64,000 nt of DNA, taken from contig OX597824.1 of NCBI GenBank assembly GCA_951406725.2, positions 76,260,001-76,324,000 on the forward strand. Direction: 5' to 3'. This DNA comes from Octopus vulgaris (Eukaryota). The translations under genes and the position numbers were made by a program. The notes under the pieces are model-generated. The model searched no databases, had not been told where the DNA came from, and saw nothing but the letters and a program-made list of their open reading frames with translations. Positions 40,839-55,049 of this stretch are shown here, piece after piece; within the stretch, counting starts at the first letter, position 1, and every line of letters begins with the position of its first letter.

Positions 40839-41080
40839 AGGCGCAGGCACTGCTGCGTGGTCGGAAGTTTGCTTCCCAACTACATGGTTCCGGGTTCAGT
40901 CCCACTGTGTGACACCATGGGCAATTATCTTCTACTATTGCCTCAGGCCAGCCAAAACCTTCTGAGTGGATTTGGTAGGCGGTAACTGAAAGAAGCCAGT
41001 CGTATATACATACATACATACATACATACATACATACATACATACATACACATACATACATACATACATACATACATACA

Positions 41081-41114
<34 letters not shown>

Positions 41115-41478
41115 CATACATGCATACGTGTATACATACATATATACATACATGCATACATATATACATACATACATATATACATACATACATACATACA
41201 TACATACATACATACATACATACAGTGGATTCAGTAGACGGAAACTGAAAGAAGCTCGTCGTATATATGTATGTGTGTGTTGTTTGTGTGTCTGTGTTTG
41301 TCCCCCAACATCCGATGCTGGTGTGTTTACATTCCCGTAACTTGGCGGTTCGGCAAAAGAGACTGATAGAATAAGTACTAGGCTTACAAAGAATATGTCC
41401 TGGAGTTGATTTGCTCAACTAAAAGGTGGTGTTCCAGCATGGCCGTAGTCAAATGACTGAAACAAGTAAAAGAGTAAA
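40839..41478 (+). mobile_element. SINE family A with an expanded internal (TACA)n tract and a duplicated segment
   Basis: agtggatt..gtag.cgg.aactgaaagaagc..gtcgtatata occurs at about 40965 and 41224, either side of about 220 bp of (TACA)n. Confidence 0.85.
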
Positions 41479-41555
41479 ATGAAGACATACAATAGTAATA
41501 CAAAATGGCTGACGGTTAGTAAGGAGAGACACAAATAAGAAAGAAGAAAACAAAG

Positions 41556-41599
41556 GACCACTGATGCGGTCACAGGAGTGTGACGAAAGAACTCTGGCC
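41556..41599 (+). ncRNA. Minimal hammerhead-like motif with one core deviation (A9C)
   Basis: CCA CTGATGC G GTCACA-ggag-TGTGAC GAAA G-AA-CT C TGG. Confidence 0.5.
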
Positions 41600-41756
41600 G
41601 AAATAAGATTAAGATTAATGTAAAAAATAAATAACACTGAAGCAAAATAACACCAAGTATATAGTGCGTGTGTTTTTATTGGCTAAACTGGCAAAATGAG
41701 CATTCCGAAATATAACACACGACTTCACATAAAAAATCTTGCACAACAAATATTTA

Positions 41757-41794
<38 letters not shown>

Positions 41795-41801
<7 letters not shown>

Positions 41802-41975
41802 TATTAATTAGAGACAAAACCACTATTATGCAAATCAAACAAAGAAAGACTTAATCCAATACATAAAATTTTTATATAAATTAAATAAAATTAAATTAGC
41901 CACTACAATTGTTTCGTGTCTCTTCTAAGGACATTCATCAGGTGGTTTTCAGATCTTCTATTCAATTTTAAGTTA
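41795..41975 (-). mobile_element. About 180 bp element inserted in (TA)n, carrying a hammerhead; Penelope terminal-repeat-like
   Basis: (TA)n on both sides; contains the motif at 41900-41945. Confidence 0.65.
41900..41945 (-). ncRNA. Minimal type-I hammerhead ribozyme
   Basis: Minus strand: CCAC CTGATGA A TGTC-cttagaaga-GACA C GAAA CAATTGT A GTGG; palindromic stem III ACAATTGT, GUA triplet. Confidence 0.78.
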
Positions 41976-41986
41976 TATATATATAT

Positions 41987-42054
<68 letters not shown>

Positions 42055-42756
42055 ATGTGCGTGTGTGCATGTGTTCGTGTGCGTGCATCTTTGTCCCTGT
42101 GTTTGTCTCCCATTACCATTTGGCAACCGGTGTTGGTGAGTTTACGCGACCGCAACTTAGCGGTTATAGCGGTTCGGCAAAAGAGACTGATAGGATGTGT
42201 ACAAACAAACATGTATATTTATATATGCATGCTACCATACACTCATACCCACATGAGCATGTGCTAAAATATAGAAATACCCCTTATAAACACACATGTA
42301 CACACACACAAAATGGCCGAATCTGTGAGGTTTGGATAGAATTCTTTGTAGTATTAGTGCCGGTTCTCTGCTCTCTGAATTCAAATATCGGAGAAGTCAA
42401 CTTTGACTTTACTTGTTTAGGGGTCGATGAATAAAATATTATTCTGTATTTGTGTGGATTCTGCTCCACTCTGTTTCCCTTTCTATCTGTTTGTCTCTCT
42501 GTCACACCTATTGGCAGAAATTGGCTGTACTTAGAGAACTGGAGGGGCATGGACCACATGACATACAAATTACTTAAAATATGTCGCTATATCACGACGG
42601 CGCACCTATGACGTCATCGGAAATTGAGGGACCATCGTAACGAAAAGTATGCACACGCAGTTATATATATTCAAACATATATACCCCCACACACACTCTC
42701 TGTCTCCTCACAAACACGCACTCAATCACATATATACAAACATACATACATGCATC

Positions 42757-42791
<35 letters not shown>

Positions 42792-42869
42792 CAAACATAC
42801 ATACATACATATATACACGCATAGATACAGACACAAACATGCACACACATACATACACATATATGAAGC

Positions 42870-42900
<31 letters not shown>

Positions 42901-42977
42901 TATATAAACACAGACACACGCAAACACATGTACAAACACGCACATACACACACACACACATATATATACATATATAC

Positions 42978-43138
42978 ATATCTATAAATATATGTGTATA
43001 TATACATATGTATTTATATATATATATACATGTGTATGTGTGTATGTCTATATATATATATGTGTGTGTGTATGTATTTATGTACACACACACACATATA
43101 TATATATATACACATATATAACTCACACCTATTCATAA

Positions 43139-43234
<96 letters not shown>

Positions 43235-43398
43235 ATTTATGAATAGGTGTGAGTTATATATATGTATACATATATATATATATGTGTGTATGTACATAAA
43301 TACATACACACACACATATATATATATATACATACACACATACACATACATATATATATACATACATATGTATATATACACATATATTTATAGATATA
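42978..43398. repeat. Imperfect palindrome of about 420 bp centred on (AT)n
   Basis: ataactcacacctattcataaatac / gtatttatgaataggtgtgagttat and atctataaatatatgtg / cacatatatttatagat are placed symmetrically about 43170-43218. Confidence 0.8.
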
Positions 43399-44053
43399 CA
43401 CACATCCACACATATATATATATATAACTCACACACCTATTCATAAATACAAGCGCAAACACGCAAAGACATACACTTACTGATTCTTTTTTTCCACGCA
43501 AGGAGCTCTCTCAGGTAGTTGAGAGTTGTAGGGAAGATTTTTACTTGTTTAACAAAGTACACTTCGCTGATTCGCCCGTTTATTGTATCTGTGTGTGTGT
43601 GCTGCTAAAACACGCGTTGCTACGTTTCTCTCACACATATGAGAATACAGCATTGGAATTAGGTTTCGTTGCACACGGAATCGATTATGATAAATAAAAT
43701 GAAGCTAAAACATAAAACAAGTTGAAATCCATTCTGAACAGACGAGGCGGGATGGGTGCATGAAAAAATATATGGACAGCACCTATGATCAGTGACCCTG
43801 TCCGAGCTACCGGTTTACAATGTTGTCGATGAGAAATATATGGAACAATAGATTCGACGATCGACAATTTAAATCGAAAGCCTTCACGACTGAACATTAA
43901 ATTGATATCTTATCCAGCTACAAAGCACGGAATATATGATCGTATATCAATTTCTGATTTTAATTCAATTTGCTATTGGGTGATTCTGTTATGCTATATA
44001 GAGGTTTAGTCACTCAAAACAACCCCGTCACTAGTTTTTAAAGTCTGTTACTA

Positions 44054-44166
<113 letters not shown>

Positions 44167-44246
44167 GAGGAGAAGTGAAAAATTATCCGCACTTTCGTCG
44201 CAAAATATCTTTGTTATTGTCACACTGCCTTCTGCGCATGCACGCA

Positions 44247-44352
<106 letters not shown>

Positions 44353-44553
44353 TCTGTCTGTCTGTCTGTCTGTCTATATTTTTTTTATATATGTACGCAT
44401 ACTTACACACTCGCACATGCCTACATACATACATATATACATAAGTTCATATATGCATACAATGTTTGCAAACATATGCTTGTACCTGAATGCGCGTATT
44501 CGCACATATATAAATACATACATATATATACATATATATATATATATGCATAC

Positions 44554-44595
<42 letters not shown>

Positions 44596-44702
44596 TCGGG
44601 GTGAGTACTTGATAATTATAAGCACCTGTGTATACCGTTTGGTGGTGTAGGTGGTGGAGTAAATTGATCAAAATAAAGTAAAAACATGATGCGAAGGATT
44701 CA

Positions 44703-44780
44703 GCGGTACATATGTTTCGGGCCTTTATTAGACAGATTTATAACAATGCATAATGTATGTCTGTGGCCTTCTTCAGCCGC
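44703..44780 (-). ncRNA. Minimal type-I hammerhead ribozyme with long loop II
   Basis: Minus strand: GCGG CTGAAGA A GGCC-long loop-GGCC C GAAA CATATGT A CCGC; palindromic stem III ACATATGT, GUA triplet. Confidence 0.75.
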
Positions 44781-46512
44781 GCACAACAGCTTCCACAAGG
44801 ACATGTGTTACATCAAAAATTCTTGGTTGGGGATGCAAATCCTCTCATTCGCGTACGACATAATGCGGCAGCAGCATAGAATTGAAGCGTCCATCTCTTT
44901 CTTCTCTCAATGTAGAATGAGGAAAATTGGATGTTGAGGTAATGTAAATAAATAAATACATATATAGAGGTGAAGATGGAGGGGCGAGAGTTCGGGACGA
45001 GGGATAAAAAATGTATAAAAAGTGTAAGTATAGAATAATATAAAAATAATATAAAAATGTAGAGGATAAAGATATAAAGAGTTATAAGGAGATGAAAAGG
45101 GGGTATAAAGAAATATAAATAAATGTAAAGGCATAAGGTTATAAAGTAAAAATAGAAATAGAAATAAAAGTAAAAAAACCTGATACAAACATGATAAAAG
45201 TGTAAAAGAATGTAAAGATAAGGGATGTATGGAGGTTACGGACCAAGCATGGTGGTCAGGAGATTGATAAAATTTAGTTGTAGAATTGTCAGTAAATCAA
45301 CAGTTTCGTCTGGGGACCTAATGTGTTGTAAATCAGAGCTGATGAGCATTTAATCTGGTTCCTTGAATTAAATGGACTTCTAGTACATACATGTCATCAT
45401 GGATACATACACCCACATACACGCGTACATATACGCCTCCAAGCCTATAAGCATACACACGCACTCGCGTGTAAACATGTACATAAACACACACGCACCC
45501 ACACGCACGCTTGTACACACACATACATACAACAGAATATCCGCATGTATACACGGACACTATACGCGTACACACTCACATGTACATACGCGCGCCTCTC
45601 CCTACATACACACACGTATATGCCCACGCCTCTAGGTCTAGGTATAAGATATTAAAGGATGTGTATAAGAACGTATGTAAAGAATCCCGTACTCATGTCT
45701 ATACGTGCACGCACACACGGCTGTGTGTCCGTATGTGCGTGCACATATACACTCATATACACACACAGAGACACACGCGCACATGGGTATAGCTATAAGA
45801 TATCGAAGTATGCATGTACATATATGCGCGTGCATATGTATGTATGCGTATACACACGTACGCGGACGCTCGTATAGTCAAAAAGTGGATCCATAGGTAA
45901 GTAAATAAACATATATAGAGGTGTACAGCGATAAGTTAGGGGTAAGAATGAGGGTAAGGGTAAAGATTAGAAATAAAAAATACTGTATAAAATAAGAAAT
46001 ACAATGTAATAGTTAGAAATGAAATATAAGAATTATAAAAATTATAAGAGTTAAGGTAAGGGATGAAAATAAAAATGAGAATAAATGGAAGTAGAATAAA
46101 AGTAAAAATAAAATTAAAAATAAAAATAAATGGAAGTAGGATAAAAGTAAAAATAAAAGTAAAAATAAAAATAAAATAAAATAAGATAAAAATATAATTT
46201 GGTAAAGTTTAACATGAGATGAAGGTGGTTGAAATTTAGAGGTGTGTGTTAAACGTAGGGGCGGGCGGGGGGAACTGGAAATTGGAAGGGTGGGAAGTGG
46301 AGTTTGGCGGTGTGCGTTCAACATCCGAGTTAGAAATGTGAAAGGGTATAGATATAGGGAATTAAAGAGACTATATAGGGAGGATATGGGTGTAGGAGAA
46401 GAAATATTTAGGGAAAAGAAGTCATATATGGGAGACAAAATTTGTATATATAGGAGGAAAATGCAGGGAACCGTATATGCATATACACACACCCACACAC
46501 ACACACACACGC

Positions 46513-46552
<40 letters not shown>

Positions 46553-46737
46553 GTACACGTATGTGCACACACATACACACACACACACACACATACACAT
46601 ATACACGCACATATAGGAAAGCGGGATGTGCTGGAGCCGACAGGTTGCACCGGGTGGGAGGAAATTGCATGGGGGAGTTGGTATAAGACCTAAGCTTTGT
46701 AGTATTTGAAAGTATTAATAAGTTTATGTATACAGGA

Positions 46738-46783
46738 TGTGACGAAATGTATGCATATATATATATATATGTATATATATGCA

Positions 46784-46835
<52 letters not shown>

Positions 46836-46881
46836 TGCATATATATACATATATATATATATATGCATACATTTCGTCACA
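46738..46881. repeat. Perfect 144 bp palindrome centred on (AT)23
   Basis: tgtgacgaaatgtatgc...gcatacatttcgtcaca; the same peptide appears in plus and minus ORFs over this span. Confidence 0.92.
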
Positions 46882-46924
46882 ACATATCTTTATTATTGTC
46901 ACACTGCCTTCTGCGCATGCAAGC

Positions 46925-47008
<84 letters not shown>

Positions 47009-47177
47009 ACATTTATATGTGTGCATACATACACACTTATCTTTATTATTGTCACACAACCTTCTGCGCATGCGTGCTTATAGTTGGTATAATTGTGGTC
47101 ACGTCATCGAAGTTTGAGACTGAATGCGCCATTTTTCTTTCTGGTTTTATTGTGTAAGCAAGGCCACTCCACTGACA

Positions 47178-47572
47178 ATGTTCACCAAAAAAGAACTAAG
47201 AGCAGTGATCCGTTTTCTCTTTAAAAGGGGTGTACCATCGAAGCCTATTGCCGAAGAAAGTTTTGCTGTTACATGACAATGTACGCCCACACACGGCCGC
47301 CCAGATCGTTGAAACCATTAACCAATTGGGTTTTGAGGTGCTGGAACACCCTGCCTCCTGCCTAGATCTCGCCCCTTCAAACTATCATATCTTTGGATCG
47401 CTCAAAGATGGTTTACAAGATCATCGATTTCCTACGGGTATAGATGTGAAGGAAGTTGGTGCATAAATGGTTGCACGACCAACCGAAAACCGTTTTCTTG
47501 GAGGGAATATGTAAGCTTGTGCACCGCTGGACCAAGTGCATCGACAAGAAAGGAGACTATATTGAATAATGA
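47178..47572 (+). pseudogene. Mariner transposase relic, internally deleted
   Basis: MFTKKELRAVIRFL is joined to LLLHDNVRPH...LEHPASCLDLAPSNYHIF..LK...WLHDQP..F.EGI.KLVHRWTKCI...GDYIE (DD34D region). Confidence 0.9.
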
Positions 47573-47932
47573 CGCAGTTGTTTACTCCCTGCTTTTGTGT
47601 AAATACATTGAAAAAACAAGACTCTTCCTCGTATATATATATATGAACACAGATATAGGTGAGCGTGGATCCACAAATACATATGTCTGTATGTTTGTGT
47701 AAGTCTCTCTTTACTCTTTTACTCTTTTACTTGTTTCAGTCATTTGACTGCGGTCATGCTGGAGCACCGCATTTAATCGAACAACACGACCCTCGGACTT
47801 ATTCTTTTGTAAGTCCAGTACTTATTCTATCGGTCTCTTTTGCCAAACCGCTAAGTAACAGGGACACAAACACACCAGCATCGGTTGTCAAGCAATGCAA
47901 GGGGGACAAACACAAACACACAAACACACACA

Positions 47933-47980
<48 letters not shown>

Positions 47981-47983
<3 letters not shown>

Positions 47984-48142
47984 CGGGAAGCTTTATGAAA
48001 ATAGACAAAAGACGAAGGCAGGTGGAAAACAAACAAACAATTGTATTAGTATGGCGCTCAGGAAATATAAATAAAACAAGTCTTTAACGTTTCGAGCCTA
48101 CGCTCTTCAACAGAAAGATACACAGAGAGAGAAAAAACAGAA
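47981..48142 (-). mobile_element. (TA)n-inserted short element, copy 2
   Basis: Highly similar to 57742-57915 and to the reverse complement of 10448-10578. Confidence 0.82.
48081..48118 (-). ncRNA. Minimal hammerhead-like motif, A6U variant (copy 2)
   Basis: Minus strand: TCTTT CTGTTGA A GAGC-gtag-GCTC GAAAC GT T AAAGA. Confidence 0.55.
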
Positions 48143-48419
48143 GACGGGCTTCTTTCAGTTTCCGTTTACCAAATCCACTCACAAGGCTTTGGTCGGCCCG
48201 AGGCTATAGTAGAAGACACTTGCCCAAAGTGCCACGCAATGGTACTGAACCCGGAACCATGTGGATGGTAAACAAGCTACTTACCACACAGCCACTCCTA
48301 TCTTATGTATTAATGATTTAGGAATAGCAGCAATGAATTCGTGTATGTGTGTGTGTGTGTATGTGTGTTCGTGTGTATGTGTGCTTGTGCATTTGTGTTC
48401 ACTCACTGCTGTTCATAAT

Positions 48420-48451
<32 letters not shown>

Positions 48452-49249
48452 ACATACGAATAGGCACGCGCAAAACTTTTATGAGGTCGAGGAAACGGAC
48501 CGATAGGAAATGTATCAGATTAAAAAAAAACAAGTACTGGGAACGATTTGTTCCAATAAACCCATCAAGGCAATGTACCAGCATGGCTGCTGTCCACTGA
48601 GTGAAACTGATAATAGAAAACACATAACGAAGGACAGTGAAATAGTTACTACAGAACACAAATTGGTGAATAACAGTTAACAGCTAAAAACTTGTTAAGT
48701 GTGCTGAGTTACTTCCCTTGGTAGTTCAGTCTTAAGTCAACCATATTGTAACACGTTTTTTTGAATCTCTGTTTTTAATTCTATTGTAATTATTATTTTT
48801 GATATAGAGAACATGACAAATAACCTAACTCACCATTTGTATGTTTAAATTACAAAAGAATAATATAAGACTTATAAAATCAAATCATTCCTTAATGATA
48901 TTTCATTAGATTTATATCAGGTTTTCTTACCTTAACTAGTGGAACCTTCAGAAAATAAGCAGCTGTCTGCTTCATATTGATAATAAAATCATGTGACTAT
49001 TCTTTGCATCACCAGATTTGCGACTGTTCGTTGAAATGAAAACATCTCAGCAGTAATTCATTTCGTAGCTGATATGGCAATGCATACTTATGTACACACA
49101 CACACACACATACACACACATACGCACGCACGTACGTACAAACATACATACATACATACATACATACATACATACATACATACATACATACATACACATA
49201 CACATATATATACTCACATATACACAAGCATACATATGTAGGCATATAA

Positions 49250-49680
49250 TCTCTTTTACACTTTTACTCTTTTACTTGTTTCAGTCATATGACTGCGGTC
49301 ATGCTGGAGCACCGCCTTTAGTCGAGCAAATCGACCCCAGAACTTATTCTTTGTAAGCTTAGTACTTATTCTATCGGTCTCTTTTGCCGAACCGCTATGT
49401 TACAGGGACGTAAACACACCAGCATCGGTTGTCAAGTGATTTTTTTTTTTTGGGGGGGGGAGACAAACACAGACACACAAACACACACATACATATATAT
49501 ATATACATATATACGACGGGCTTCTTTGAGTTTCCGTCTACTAAATCCACTGACAAGGTTTTGGTCGGCCCTAGGCTATAGTAGAAGATACTTGCCCAAG
49601 GTGACACGCAGTGGGACTGAACCCGGAACCATGTGGTTGGTAAGCAAGCTACTTACCACACCGCCACTCCTGCGCCTACA
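49250..49680 (-). mobile_element. SINE family A, full length
   Basis: Reverse complement of 15684-16095. Confidence 0.9.
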
Positions 49681-50095
49681 GGTATATAATGTACATGTGT
49701 GTGTTTGTGTGTGTGTACGTATATCTTTGCATGTGCATATACATAGAGATATTTGTATATATGTATATATATATATATATATATACACACGCACACACAT
49801 TTGTATGTATATATATATAGATATATATGTATATATATAGATATATGTAAATGTATATATACATATATGTGAATACATGTATATATATATATATGTGTGT
49901 ATGTGTATGTATGTATGTAACTAACTATATATGTATGTTTGTATGTATCTATGTATATTCCCTTTACACTTTCAATAATGTAATTAACAGTAATTGTATT
50001 TTCTAGAGTCTATTTAAGTAATTATTATGTCAGAGCGCAAACAATGAGACGGTGGCTTTCAGAGCCGAAGAACAACTGATGGCACCACCACCACC

Positions 50096-50127
<32 letters not shown>

Positions 50128-50585
50128 CAACAACAACAGCAATGGCAACAACAACAACAGCAGCAGCAGTAATAACGTGAACAACATTATTACTGATGAA
50201 AGCTTTGATAATACTATGGAAGAAAGACGAAAGCAAATACAGTAAGAAACATGCAAACAGCAATAGATAGTGTAATAATATAGGTATATTAGAATTAAAG
50301 AGTATGTATGCAGCACTGTCTCCCAGATGTAATATAATGGAATATAATGGATTTCAACTAGCAACACTTCTCTCTCACACACATCCATACGTAACACACG
50401 CACGCACGCACACACACAGTTATTTATGACAGAAGTAGTATCAATAACAAAGGCAAAAATTTATCCCCGTTTGAAAGTGGATGTTGTGTTAGAATACGTA
50501 ATACTGCGAATAGTTACCACGAGAGGAATCTCTCATATACATGCTGGTGTGAATAAGCACTCAAGCACACTTGTTAGGGGGCATA

Positions 50586-51106
50586 CCGTAAATCCTCGAG
50601 TATAGTCCACCCTTGAGTATACTACGCAGAGGATTTTTAGGGGGCTGTACCTCTGAAAAACCTAAACCTTATGTATAATACACCCCCTTCTCTAACTTGA
50701 GTTGTGCGTAATTAAGCCAGCAGCACCTAGTCGAACAAACACTTCCACGCATCTGTAATACAATAATGGCAATGTTCTTAACTATTATATGGGAATGTAA
50801 ATATGTTTGCAAATTGTTTTTGTTACATGTTATTCCGTGTTTTGAATACTTATATTTTAATAAATGTTGCTTACTGCAAGTTAAAGATGATTCTTTTATG
50901 ACTTCATTGCTTTCAGGCTTAGCTTAAGGTATTTTCGCGCCCGACATCACAAAATGCGTCTGAATAAACATTGCCGGACATCAAATAGAGACTCGGACGT
51001 TACTTAGAAAATATTTTTCATTTTTAACCTCGTATATAGTACGAACTAGTGATTTTGACCTTTAAATTTGGGGAAAAATATGCGGATTATACTCGAGGAT
51101 TTACGG
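50586..51106. mobile_element. Tc1/mariner (Tc2/pogo-like) MITE
   Basis: TIR ccgtaaatcctcgagtata / tatactcgaggatttacgg, TA duplication on both sides. Confidence 0.92.
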
Positions 51107-51261
51107 TATATATATTATCCTGACAAGTACTGTATTTTCTCTCAAATCAGGTGCCAGCTAACCACACGTGTAGGCCGGAGAACATGCCGTAAATAATTGT
51201 TAACTAAAATTTATGAATGTGAAAAATATCCATTCCCCTTATCATTATTAATATTATCTCA

Positions 51262-51303
<42 letters not shown>

Positions 51304-51316
51304 TTCTCTCTCTCTT

Positions 51317-51384
<68 letters not shown>

Positions 51385-51387
<3 letters not shown>

Positions 51388-51598
51388 TTTACTCTTACTC
51401 TTTTACTTGTTTCAGTCATTTGACTGCGGCCATGCTGGAGCACCGCCTTTAGTCGAGCAAATCGACCCCGGGATTTATTCTTTGTAAGCCCAGTACTTAT
51501 TCTATCGGTCTCTTTTGCCGAACCGCTAAGTGACGGGGACGTAAACACACCAGCATCGGTTGTCAAGCAATGCTAGGGGGACAAACACAGACACACAA

Positions 51599-51647
<49 letters not shown>

Positions 51648-51822
51648 CATATATACGACAGGCTTCTTTCAGTTTCCGTCTACCAAATCCACTCACAAGG
51701 CATTGGTCGGCCCGGGGCTATAGCAGAAGACACTTGCCCAAGATGCCACACAGTGGGATTGAACCCGGAACCATGTGGTTGGTTAGCAAGCTACTTACCA
51801 CACAGCCACTCCTGCGCCTATA
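51385..51822 (-). mobile_element. SINE family A, full length, young
   Basis: Near-identical to the reverse complement of 15684-16095. Confidence 0.92.
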
Positions 51823-51994
51823 TGTATATATATATATATATATTTCGATGAGTGAATGAATTATCCTATGTTTACCGTCAACATGGAAAATTAGATGAAC
51901 CGATACCAGGGTAGCAAATTCACATCAGAAACACGGTTGAAGTGACCTATCCAAAGGTAGAAACTCTGGGGTCATGTGCAGAAATTTGTGTGTT

Positions 51995-52090
51995 ATATAT
52001 AAATAAATAAATAAATGGAGTTGAACAAAAATGTTAATAAAATTCCTTTACTTTTATTAACATCTTCGTTCAACTCCATTTATTTATTTA

Positions 52091-52099
<9 letters not shown>
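51995..52099. repeat. Hairpin with 48 bp arms and a 9 nt loop
   Basis: aaataaatggagttgaacaaaaatgttaataaaa / ttttattaacatcttcgttcaactccatttattt; three mismatches. Confidence 0.88.
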
Positions 52100-52159
<60 letters not shown>

Positions 52160-52179
52160 GATGTTTTTGATACCAAGCG

Positions 52180-52237
52180 ACATAACTGTGAACCTAGAGC
52201 CATGTGGTTGGTAAGCAAGCTTCTTACTACACTGCCA

Positions 52238-52285
<48 letters not shown>

Positions 52286-52450
52286 ACGGGCTTCTTTCAG
52301 TTTCTGTGTACCAAATCCACTCATAAGGCTTTGGTCGGACCGAAGCTATTGTAGAAGACACTTGCCCAAGGTGCTACGCAGTGAGACTGAACCCGGAACC
52401 ATGTGCTTAGGAAGCAAGCTTCTTACCATGCAGCCACTCCTGCGCCTATA
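52180..52450 (-). mobile_element. Two SINE family A head fragments
   Basis: ccatgtg...aagcaagcttcttac...gccactc occurs twice. Confidence 0.8.
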
Positions 52451-52844
52451 ACGATTCTACCAGGTCACCACCTTCACCAGTCTCACCACAATGATTTTCA
52501 GCTTTGACAAAAGGTGACACATATTCTGATATTGCGTAAAGTTGATTAAATCGACACCAGTACTTAATCAATACTTGTCTTATTGATCTCGGAAGGATTA
52601 TGAGCAAAGACGTCATCGATATTTGTCAATTGTTCTAATTAACAAGTAATTAAGGCAGTGAATTAGCAGCGCTTTTAGAATGTCAGATAGACTATCTTAT
52701 TGGATTTGCTATGTTTCTCTGCATTTTAAGTTCAAACTCTGCTGAAGTGAATTCTGTCTTTCATCATTACAGAGGTCAATAAACTACAATACCAAGGCGT
52801 ATACTAGAATAGAGTCTTCTTCTTCTTCTTCTTCTTCTTACTGC

Positions 52845-53055
52845 CTCCTCCTCCCCTCCCTCTTCCTCTTCTTGTTCTTACTACCTCCTCCCCTCCCTCT
52901 TCCTCTTCTTGTTCTTACTACCTCCTCCCCTCCCTCTTCCTCTTCTTGTTCTTACTACCTCCTCCCCTCCCTCTTTCTCTTCTTGTTCTTACTACCTCCT
53001 CCTCCTCCTCCGCCTCCGCCTCCGCCTCCGCCTCCGCCTCCGCCTCCGCCTCCTT
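52845..53055. repeat. About 36 bp pyrimidine minisatellite (4 units) followed by (CCTCCG)n
   Basis: cctccctcttcctcttcttgttcttactacctcctcc repeated. Confidence 0.9.
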
Positions 53056-54400
53056 CTTTATATATATATATGAACAAACTTACATTTGTTTTTATCGGAA
53101 GCGTCGAAATGTGTATTGTACCATACAAACAAAAAAGAGGATATTTTTTCGAACAAAGTATTGCAATTAGAACGGCAGAGATAATGGGTAAATTACCCTT
53201 ACAAGGCGGAAAATGTCAACAAACAGCCGTCGGAATCGAAACTACATACCCCAAGATTCCAGCTGAGTGTTTTCACACTTTCGGGGTCGATGAAATAAGT
53301 ATCACCTGAACAATGGAGTCGATGCAATCCACTTACACCTCGCCCATATTTGCTGTCCTTGTTTCAAAATTTGAAATCAATCTTTATTACTGATGGTTTA
53401 TTATATTTCATTATTGTCATTTACAATTAATTTGGAACAATTAACGTTCCTGAAGTTCATTAAAATTACTAGAATTTCCTTGTCTCATTTGCTTGAGGAA
53501 ATACGGACAACGGCATTACAATTATTGCATTATTATAGTAAGGAATGAAAAATCACGGGAACGATGTTGTCATTACCAACCAGCTTTCAGCAATCAGAAA
53601 CCGTTGAATAATAAATATTGCATACGTTGTTGTTATTAAAGCTTTCAATTTCTAATTGTAGAATTTCTTTTCTAAGTCAATATACAATGATAGCGTTATC
53701 AACAAACGTTTTTCTTACACACATACACTCACAGAGACACATATATCATTTTCTTTTTTCTCTCTATTTCGTGTACTTTATTGCAATATGTTTCAATGTC
53801 TCCTTGATGTAAATACTTTGTCTACTGGCTAGAAAAATGTCCTATCTACATATGAATATTAGGTTTGTATTTCACTATAAATAAAACCATCCATATCAAA
53901 CTTACGATAGCAATGTTATCAACTAAGGTATTTTTCATCTAATTATTTCTTTCGTGTTTTCCTTTGTAAAATATTCCCAATGGTTTCTTGTAAATACATT
54001 GTTCGCCAGCAAGAAAAAGAAAAAAAACAAAACCCACGTATATCCGATTTAATAGTAACACTAAAAAAAAATTTACTCTGTGCCATGTTTCTGCAGATAT
54101 ACATTTATTGAGTTAGTTTGTGAGTTTTTTTCGTGGCTCGCAGGCTTGAGGTTGCATGTTAATACGCAATTCTTCTTCCATTTTTTTTTAATATTCTGGT
54201 ATGTTTGTATTATTTTCTTACTGTTTATTTGTGGTTGGATGTAAAATATGCTGTTTTATGAGATTTTTGATAACGTATTCACCCATTCTAAACTAGGGCG
54301 TTGTTGATTAACGTTCAGAGCTATGTTTTGCGTGGTGTTTTCTGAAAGTATATTCTTCTTTGAGTTTGTGAGTGTGATTGTATTTATACATATATATCCA

Positions 54401-54792
<392 letters not shown>

Positions 54793-54855
54793 ATCTATCT
54801 ACCTACCTACCTACCTACCTACCTACCTACCTACCTATCTATCTCCTGCGCCTAT

Positions 54856-54891
<36 letters not shown>

Positions 54892-55049
54892 GTACACACA
54901 TATATATATATACATATACACATACATACACAAATACACACACACACGCGCACACACACATATAAACTTAGTGCTGAAAAACCTACAACAGTGAACGCCA
55001 CATGAAGAACTCTCTTTCACCAAACGAGGTTCCATACAACTCCAGCCAG

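Larger units (their letters stand above)
47705..48300 (-). mobile_element. SINE family A whose internal (TA)n is interrupted by the hammerhead-bearing element
   Basis: Tail half 47705-47980 and head half 48143-48300. Confidence 0.88.

Noticed and set aside
43509-43532. tcaggtagttgagagttgtagg resembling let-7
   Set aside because: Seed mismatch, indels and no precursor hairpin seen
50080-50180. CAC/CAA/CAG run as a polyQ/H exon
   Set aside because: Stop codons close by and no splice or domain support
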